Shown in pieces: positions 57,629 to 64,000 of a stretch of 64,000 nt of DNA; positions within the stretch are counted from its first letter, which is position 1; the number at the start of each line of letters is the position of its first letter. This DNA comes from Pararhodobacter sp. (GTDB lineage Bacteria > Pseudomonadota > Alphaproteobacteria > Rhodobacterales > Rhodobacteraceae). The notes beneath the pieces were generated by a model. The model made no database searches. It saw only the letters and a list, made by a program, of their open reading frames with translations, and was not told where the DNA came from. Made by a program: the position numbers and the translations under genes. Location of the stretch: NCBI RefSeq assembly GCF_036802785.1, contig NZ_DAIRVN010000014.1, forward strand, positions 5,402 through 69,401, given 5' to 3'.

Positions 57629-58801
57629 TTATTCTTTGGCAAACAGCTTGCGTTCGAACCCTGTGAGCACTTCGCAGCCGGTTTCCGTTACCCGGATGCT
57701 GTCGCTGAAGCACATGCCGAAGTTTTTCAGAAACAGGGTCGGGATAAGATGGAAGGTCATGTTCGGTTGCAGGATCATCGGGTCATCCGGGCGGATCGAA
57801 TAGATGTGCCCCTCCGACCAGTTGGGCGGAAAGCCGATGCCGATGCCATAGGCCGCGCGATGCCGGAAATACTGCGCCAGCCCGCGCCGTTCCAGCGCTT
57901 CGCGGCAGGTGAGGTCCACCTCGGCGGCGCTTATGCCGGGCCGGATGCAGGAAATCGCCACCTCCAGCACCTCGCGCAGCGCATCGGCGGTTTCCAGATG
58001 TTCGGTGCCGGGCCTGCCCGCCACCACCGGGCGCGACAGCATGGCATGATAGCGGTCAATACAGCCCGCCGCTTCCAGCAACACCACGTCATCCTGCCGG
58101 ATCGGCCTGCGGCGCCACATCGCAAAGCACAGCGCCGTCGTGGGGCCTGCCACCACCAGCGGCGGGTGGCCCAGATACTCGGACCCGGCGGCGATATTGG
58201 CCTGAAACATTGCTGCGGCCACGTCATTTTCGGTCTTGCCGGGGGCGACAGCGTCAATAGCGGCGGCCAGCCCGGCCTCGGCGGCGCGGGCGGCGCGGCG
58301 CATGCGCTCGATCTCGGCCTCGGTCTTGACCATCCGGTGGCGCTCAAACACCCCGGTCCATTCGACCAGCGGCACGTTCAGCGCCGCTTCGAGCCTGCGG
58401 AAATGAGCAACCGTCAGGTACCACGCCTGCATCTCGATCCCGACAGCGCGGCCCTCAAGCCCGCGCTTTTCCAACCACCCTGCCAGCACGTCAACCGGAT
58501 CATCGGTATCGCCGATGGCGATGAAATCGGCAAACGCCCCATGCGCCTGCGCCAGATCACGGTTGACCGTGCGCGAGATGATCACGGGCTGGCCCCGGCG
58601 TGGCACAAAGACCGTCTGGAAGGTAAAATAACCGATCGTCTGATAGCCGGTCAGCCAATAGGTGTTTTCGGGATCAAACAACAAAACCCCCGCCAGCCCG
58701 CGGCTTTCAACCTCGCTCTGCACGAAGGCAAGACGGGTCTGATACACAGCCGGATCGAAGGCCATGAGGGGAACAGGCGGGGGGGGCATATCCAGGGTCA
58801 A
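57629..58801 (-). CDS. M24-family metallohydrolase (creatinase / Xaa-Pro peptidase / ectoine-hydrolase fold)
   Basis: It has a creatinase-type N-domain and a pita-bread C-domain (…HRAAYGIGIGFPPNWSEG…). The track start at 58801 is a TTG after AGGA. Alternative starts are ATG 58789 or ATG 58765. Confidence 0.8.
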   Translation of the reverse strand: MTLDMPPPPVPLMAFDPAVYQTRLAFVQSEVESRGLAGVLLFDPENTYWLTGYQTIGYFTFQTVFVPRRGQPVIISRTVNRDLAQAHGAFADFIAIGDTDDPVDVLAGWLEKRGLEGRAVGIEMQAWYLTVAHFRRLEAALNVPLVEWTGVFERHRMVKTEAEIERMRRAARAAEAGLAAAIDAVAPGKTENDVAAAMFQANIAAGSEYLGHPPLVVAGPTTALCFAMWRRRPIRQDDVVLLEAAGCIDRYHAMLSRPVVAGRPGTEHLETADALREVLEVAISCIRPGISAAEVDLTCREALERRGLAQYFRHRAAYGIGIGFPPNWSEGHIYSIRPDDPMILQPNMTFHLIPTLFLKNFGMCFSDSIRVTETGCEVLTGFERKLFAKE

Positions 58802-58877
58802 GCGCGTCCTCGAAACAGGTTGGCGGAGCGGATACGGGGAAACTAGACGAAAGAAACCATAACCGATAATCCAAATA

Positions 58878-58894
58878 TTTCGTAGCAGTCGAAA
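58878..58894. promoter_or_regulatory. Candidate LysR box TTTCG-N7-CGAAA (T-N11-A) in a divergent spacer
   Basis: An inverted repeat in the AT-rich 111-bp spacer between the M24 gene and the LysR start at 58913. Confidence 0.25.
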
Positions 58895-58912
58895 ATCAGG
58901 TTATGTAAGGCC

Positions 58913-59827
58913 ATGCTCAACATCCGCCAGATCGAAGTATTCAAATGCATCATGGAGGCAGGCTCGATCACCGAGGCGGCGCGCCGGCTTCATGTCTCGC
59001 AACCCTCGGTCAGCAAGCATCTGTCGCTGCTGGAGGCCCGGTTGCGGCTGCAGTTGTTCGAGCGCACGGGCAACAAGCTTGTTCCCCGGCCCGAGGCGCT
59101 GGCGCTGCACAACCAGATCGAGCAGGTCTATTCCGGCCTCGACAAGCTGAACGGGTTCATGGCCGATCTGGCGCAGAACCGGCATGGCGAGGTGCTGATC
59201 GCCGCCATGCCCCTGCTGGCCCATCGCTGGCTGCCCCGCGTGCTGGCGCCGTTCCTCAAGCAGCATCCCGGCATATCGGCCTCGCTGCCGGTGCGCAGTT
59301 CGCAGTGGGTCAACCAATGGGTGGCCGCCGGGCGGGTCGATCTGGGCATCGGCATGGGCGATGACGAACCCGGCGTGAACCGCGAAAGCCTGATGACCCT
59401 GCCGCTGGTCGCGGTGATGAGCGCGGACCACCCCCTTGCCAGCCCCCATCCGCTGGAGCGTCAGGCGCTGTCCGGCCAGAGCCTGATTTCGCTGTCGAAT
59501 TTCGACTACTCGCCGCGCCTGTTCGACAACCTTCTTTCGGCGCCCGATATCACGCCGGGCCGCCGCATCCAGACCTTCACCACCTATGTCGCCTGCGAAC
59601 TGGCGCGCCACGGGCTGGGGGTGGCGCTGGTCGATGCGCTGACGGCGCTGGAGTTCAGGGAGGCGGGCCTGCACATCCGCCCGCTGACCGATGCACCCCG
59701 GATCGAGATCTGCCTGCTCAGCGCCAGCCACTGGCCCCGCAGCACCCTGACCGAGCGCCTGATGGACATGATCCGCGAAAACGCGCAGACCACGATGAAA
59801 TCGCTTGATGCGCTGATCGCCGAATGA
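58913..59827 (+). CDS. LysR-family transcriptional regulator
   Basis: MLNIRQIEVFKCIMEAGSITEAARRLHVSQPSVSKHLSLLE, a LysR wHTH. Confidence 0.85.
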   Translation: MLNIRQIEVFKCIMEAGSITEAARRLHVSQPSVSKHLSLLEARLRLQLFERTGNKLVPRPEALALHNQIEQVYSGLDKLNGFMADLAQNRHGEVLIAAMPLLAHRWLPRVLAPFLKQHPGISASLPVRSSQWVNQWVAAGRVDLGIGMGDDEPGVNRESLMTLPLVAVMSADHPLASPHPLERQALSGQSLISLSNFDYSPRLFDNLLSAPDITPGRRIQTFTTYVACELARHGLGVALVDALTALEFREAGLHIRPLTDAPRIEICLLSASHWPRSTLTERLMDMIRENAQTTMKSLDALIAE

Positions 59828-59904
59828 CCGCTGAATGACCGCCCGCCGCCTTGCGCTTGCCCCGGCGCGCTGCCACTGTCGCACCCGGACAAGGGGCTGA
59901 CACC

Positions 59905-61179
59905 ATGAGGATTCTGCACACCGCCGATCTGCATCTGGACTCGCCGCTCAGATCACTGGCGCTGCGCGATGCCGATCTGCGCGCCACGGTCGAAACCGCC
60001 ACCCGCGCCGCCTTCATCCGCATCGTGGATACCGCGCTGGCTGAGCGGGTGGCGGCCCTGCTGATCGCCGGTGATCTGTTCGACGGGGCCGAGCGCAGCG
60101 CGCGCACGGCGGCCTTTCTGCTGGGGCAGCTTGACCGGCTGCGCGCTGGCGGGGTCCGGGTGTTCTACATCAAAGGCAACCACGATGCCGAAAATCCGAT
60201 CACCGGCGCGCTGGATCTGCCCGAAAATGTCCATGTCTTTGACGCGCGCGGCGGGAAAGAGCCGCTGGGCGAGGGCGTCTATATCCACGGCGTCAGCTTC
60301 TCTGGCCGTCATGCGCCCGAAAGCCTGTTGCCACGCTTTTCCGCGCCGGTTGCCGGGGCGGTGAACATTGCCATGCTGCACACCTCGCTTGCCGGTGCGC
60401 AGGGCCATGACATCTATGCCCCCTGTGCGGTCAGCGATCTGGCGGCGATGGGGTTTGACTACTGGGCGCTGGGGCATGTCCACCGGCGGCAGGTGCATGC
60501 GCAGGCGCCGTGGGTTGTGATGCCCGGCATGCCGCAGGGCCGCGACATGGGCGAGGCCGGGCCGAAATCGGCCACGCTGCTGAGCATTGATGCGGGGCGC
60601 ATCACGCTGGATACCGTGCCGACCGCGGCCATCGAGTTCCGCACCAGTGCGCTGGACATCTCTGATACCGACAGCGACGAGGGGTTGCGCGCCCTGCTGC
60701 GCGCGCATCTGCGCGCCGAGGCTGGCAACATGTCTGCCAGCGCTTCGGGCCAGACTTCCGGCACCGCCCCCGCCAGCGTGCTGCGCCTGACGCTGACCGG
60801 CACCCCGCGCCGCCACTGGCAGATCCTGCGTGACCGTGACATCTGGGCCGAGCAGGCCACCGGGATGGCGCGCGACACCGGGGTTCTGTGGCTGGAAAAG
60901 CTGCTGCTGGACCTGCACGCGCCCCGCACTGAAACCGGCGCTGAAACCGGAACCGCAACGGCCACCGCCGAGCTTGCGGTGCTCATGGCGGCGATCCGCG
61001 ATGAGCCGGGCTTTTCTGCTGCCGCGCGCGACGATATCGAAACCGTCCTTGCCGACCTTCCCGCCACCGCCCGCGCCCGCCTCTGGCCCGATGAGGCCGG
61101 GGCACAGGCCCTTGCCCGCAGGCTCGCACAGGCGGGCACCGAACGGGTGCTGGCGCAGATGAAAGGGGCCGAGGGCTGA
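59905..61179 (+). CDS. SbcD/Mre11-type metallophosphoesterase (YhaO-like DNA repair exonuclease)
   Basis: ATG 59905 gives MRILHTADLHLDSPL. Calcineurin-like motifs follow: IAGDLFD, GNHD, MLH and GHVH. Confidence 0.85.
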   Translation: MRILHTADLHLDSPLRSLALRDADLRATVETATRAAFIRIVDTALAERVAALLIAGDLFDGAERSARTAAFLLGQLDRLRAGGVRVFYIKGNHDAENPITGALDLPENVHVFDARGGKEPLGEGVYIHGVSFSGRHAPESLLPRFSAPVAGAVNIAMLHTSLAGAQGHDIYAPCAVSDLAAMGFDYWALGHVHRRQVHAQAPWVVMPGMPQGRDMGEAGPKSATLLSIDAGRITLDTVPTAAIEFRTSALDISDTDSDEGLRALLRAHLRAEAGNMSASASGQTSGTAPASVLRLTLTGTPRRHWQILRDRDIWAEQATGMARDTGVLWLEKLLLDLHAPRTETGAETGTATATAELAVLMAAIRDEPGFSAAARDDIETVLADLPATARARLWPDEAGAQALARRLAQAGTERVLAQMKGAEG

Positions 61180-64000
61180 TGCGGTTGCGCAGCCTGCATC
61201 TGGATCGGTTCGGCCATTTCACCGACCGCCGCCTTGATTTCGGCGCGCCGACGGGGCGGCCTGATTTCCACATCATCTATGGCCCGAACGAGGCCGGGAA
61301 AACCACCACGATGGAGGCTGTGCTGCGCCTCTTTTACGGCTTTCCGCTGCGCGAGCCCTATGCGTTCCGGCATCAGCGCAGCAATCTGCGCGTCTCGGCC
61401 GTGCTGGAAACCGACGGCGGCGCGCGCGAATTCACCCGCCTTCCCCTGCGCAGCGGCGCGCTGGTGGACGGCGCGGGCGCGGCGCTGCCGGAAGCGGCGC
61501 TTGGCGCGCATCTCGCCGGGCTTGCGGAAAGCGATTACCGCAGCCTGCTGTGTCTTGACGATGAAACGATCGAGCGCGGCGGCGAAGAGATCGCACAGGC
61601 GCGCGGCGATATCGGGCGGCTGCTGTTTTCGGCTGCGGCGGGCGTGGCCGACCTCAGCACCGCACTGGGCCGCGTGCGTGACGAGGCCGATGCGCTGTGG
61701 CGCAAGCGGGCCAGCAAGACACGGATGGCGGAGCTGAAGCGCGAGCTTGCCGAGGTGGAAAAGGAAATCCGCGCGCGCGATGTTACCGCCGCTGCCTGGC
61801 GCGCCCTGAAAAAAGCGGCAACGGATGCCCGCACCGCCGAGGCCGCGGCGCGCGCGGGGCGCGATGCGCTGCAACAGCGCGCCGCCCGGATCACCGCAAA
61901 GCGCCGCGCCCTGCCGCTGCTGGTCTCGGTCGACCGGCTGGAGGCCGACATTGCCCCCTATGCCAATTACCCGGAACGGCTGGATTTCGACCCCGAGCAG
62001 CTTGTCAGCCTGCTGACGCAGGAGGCGCAGGCGCAGGCCGATGCCACACGGCTGGCGGCAGAGATCGACACGCTGAGCGCCGCGCGCGAGGCCGTCACCC
62101 GCGCCCCCGGCCTGCTGGCGCTGGCGGGCGACCTTGATGCGCTGGAAGAGCTGCGCAGCCGTGATGTGACGGCGGAGATGGACCTGCCGCGACGGCGCAC
62201 GCGCGTCTCGGAGGCAGAGGGCGCCATGGTCCGCGCCGCGCGCGATCTGGGCGCGGCGGCAGGCACCGACCCCGGCGCGCTGGTACTGCCCCCCGCCGAT
62301 ATCGCCCGGCTGGAAGCCGCCCGCGACGCGCTGCGCCTTGCGCAAAGCGCGCTCGGCACCGAGGAGGCTGAGGTGACTGAGCTGTCCGCGCAGCATGAAA
62401 GCGCGCAGGCGGCGGCTGACGGGCAGGCGGCGGCTGAGCTTCCCGGCGCAGATCTGGCGGCGATCCTTGTGCAGCATGATGCCGACCGGCTTGCGCCTGC
62501 CTGGGCGGCGGCGCGGCAGGCCATCGCCTCGGACGAGGCCGCGCTTGCTGCCGCACTTGATGCACTGTCGCGCGGAACCACGCGGTTTGACAGCCTGCCG
62601 CCCTGCCCCGTCACCCTCGCGCAGGCCCGGGCATGGGCCGATGAGCACCACGCGCTGAGCGACCGGATCGCGCAGGCCGCCGATGCCCTGACCCGCCACC
62701 GCGAAGACGCCGCTGCCCGCGCCGCACAGGCCGCGCAACTGGTCAGCGGCGGCGCGCTTATCCCCGATGAGCAGGCCGTGGCGCTTCAGGCAGAACGCGA
62801 CCGGCTCTGGCAGGCGCATCGTGACGCGCTGAGCGCGGCTACGGCCCTGGCCTTTGAGGCGGCCCTGCATGCGGTGGATGCGGCGCTGCGCACCCGGCTG
62901 GCGCAGGCGCGTGATCTTGGTCAACTGCGCCAGATTGAGCAGACCGGGGCTGAGGCCAAGGCCCGCGCGGATGAAGCCGCAAAACATCTGGAGGCGTTGC
63001 GCGCCGGGCAGGCCGCGCTGGCAGCACAGGTCGATGCGGCGGCGCAGGCGCTGGGTCTGCCCCTGCCCTTTCCCGCCGCCGACTGGTGCGACTGGGTCGG
63101 CGCCCATGCCACCGCCACCGCCGCGCAGCGTAGCCTTGAGCGCACACAGGCCGCCCACGCGCCCCTGCGCGCGCGCGCGGATCGCCTGCTGGAGGCGCTG
63201 CGCCCGCTGACCGGCCTTGACGACCCCGACCTTGACGCAGCCCTGCCCCGCGCCCGCGAAAAGGCCGAAGCCGCGCGCCATCAGGCCGAGGAACGCGCCC
63301 GCGCGACCGAGGCGCTTGAGCGCAGCGCCGCAGCGCTTGCCCGGCGCAAGGCCCGGCTGGAGGCGGCACAGGCCAGCGCGGAACAGGCCCTGCGCGCGTG
63401 GGAACAGACGGTGGCTGAGCTGCTGGGCGGCCTTGTCGCGCCCGCCACGCTTCTCGCCTCGTTCGAGCCGCTGCGCGCCCTGCGCGAAGCCGAGGTGGCG
63501 CGCGCCGATGCCGCGCAGCGCGTGGCCACCATGGAATCCGATCAGGCCCAGTTCGCCGCCGCCATGGGCGCGCTTGCCACTGCCCATGCCCTGCCCGAAG
63601 GCGCCACCCCGGCGCAAAGCTTTGCCGCCCTGCGCCGGATGGCGCAGGAGGCGCAGGCCGCCGAGGCGGAGGTCGCGCGCCTTGACCGGCTGACTGGCAC
63701 CGCCCGCAACGGGCTGGAAGCCGCGCGCAACCGCCTTGCCGCGATCACCGTCGAAGTGCAGGCAAAGGGCCAGATCTTCCACCCCGGCACCCCGGTTGAA
63801 ACGCTGGGCGCGCTGCGTCAGGTAGCGGTGCGCGCACAACAGGTGATCGCCGCGCGCACGGAACGGGCGCAGCAGGAGGGCACGCTTCTGTCAGAGCTTT
63901 CCGCCCCTGACCTTGCCGCCGCCCGCGCGCTGCTGGACGGCGCCAGCCCCGCCCTGCTTGAGGCCGAAGCGGCAGCGGTCGCCACTGACGTTGACACGGC
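61179..64000 (+). CDS. YhaN/SbcC-like coiled-coil AAA ATPase (partial, continues beyond the window)
   Basis: It is not in the ORF track because there is no stop in the window. The ATG overlaps the upstream stop (TGATG at 61177-61181). MRLRSLHLDRFGHF...IIYGPNEAGKTTTMEAV carries the Walker A motif. More than 800 aa of Ala/Arg/Glu/Leu-rich coiled-coil sequence follows. I read this frame through to 64000 and found no stop. Confidence 0.8.
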   Translation, partial: MRLRSLHLDRFGHFTDRRLDFGAPTGRPDFHIIYGPNEAGKTTTMEAVLRLFYGFPLREPYAFRHQRSNLRVSAVLETDGGAREFTRLPLRSGALVDGAGAALPEAALGAHLAGLAESDYRSLLCLDDETIERGGEEIAQARGDIGRLLFSAAAGVADLSTALGRVRDEADALWRKRASKTRMAELKRELAEVEKEIRARDVTAAAWRALKKAATDARTAEAAARAGRDALQQRAARITAKRRALPLLVSVDRLEADIAPYANYPERLDFDPEQLVSLLTQEAQAQADATRLAAEIDTLSAAREAVTRAPGLLALAGDLDALEELRSRDVTAEMDLPRRRTRVSEAEGAMVRAARDLGAAAGTDPGALVLPPADIARLEAARDALRLAQSALGTEEAEVTELSAQHESAQAAADGQAAAELPGADLAAILVQHDADRLAPAWAAARQAIASDEAALAAALDALSRGTTRFDSLPPCPVTLAQARAWADEHHALSDRIAQAADALTRHREDAAARAAQAAQLVSGGALIPDEQAVALQAERDRLWQAHRDALSAATALAFEAALHAVDAALRTRLAQARDLGQLRQIEQTGAEAKARADEAAKHLEALRAGQAALAAQVDAAAQALGLPLPFPAADWCDWVGAHATATAAQRSLERTQAAHAPLRARADRLLEALRPLTGLDDPDLDAALPRAREKAEAARHQAEERARATEALERSAAALARRKARLEAAQASAEQALRAWEQTVAELLGGLVAPATLLASFEPLRALREAEVARADAAQRVATMESDQAQFAAAMGALATAHALPEGATPAQSFAALRRMAQEAQAAEAEVARLDRLTGTARNGLEAARNRLAAITVEVQAKGQIFHPGTPVETLGALRQVAVRAQQVIAARTERAQQEGTLLSELSAPDLAAARALLDGASPALLEAEAAAVATDVDT

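Noticed and set aside
60459-63839. A 1126-aa ORF on the minus strand, one of the three longest ORFs in the track.
   Set aside because: It lies antisense to the SbcD-like and YhaN-like genes. Its translation is Arg/Gly/Ala-rich low-complexity sequence with no motifs. The plus strand carries clear Mre11 motifs and a Walker A ATPase with a stop/start overlap. This is a typical high-GC shadow ORF.

Overview
The window is a gene-dense, high-GC chromosomal segment. The protein families look alphaproteobacterial, possibly Rhodobacterales, but that is inference only. I call about 57 protein-coding genes, one decayed pseudogene and a few terminators and operator-like palindromes.

I found no rRNA, tRNA, CRISPR array, IS element, integrase or prophage signature.

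Solute uptake and catabolic operons dominate:
- two PotABCD-type ABC importers
- one ribose-type sugar ABC importer with a divergent FGGY kinase
- one TRAP system

Each sits beside unusual enzyme sets: a yegU/yegV/yegW-like module, a guanidino-compound-like island, and hydantoinase A/B with an M24 hydrolase.

The rest includes many one-component regulators (LysR x4, TetR x2, GntR, ECF41 sigma) and a 1257-aa c-di-GMP enzyme. There is also a CaCA antiporter next to a fused SecDF, several detoxification-type genes (catB, three VOC/glyoxalase proteins, CMD, an alpha/beta hydrolase), and an SbcD/YhaN-like nuclease-ATPase pair that runs off the 3' end.

The candidates I rate most worth follow-up:
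1. A stand-alone Hen1-type RNA 3'-end 2'-O-methyltransferase domain, translationally coupled to a Zn-ribbon methyltransferase, with no Pnkp nearby.
2. An orphan yjhX/topAI-like toxin gene behind a three-hairpin leader, placed where the 5' half of a decayed galM gene should be.
3. The yegWUV-like operon fused to a polyamine-type importer.

All family calls come from motif recognition by eye. No database search was run. Because of the GC content, most long ORFs in the track that lie antisense to these genes are shadow ORFs, and I rejected them.
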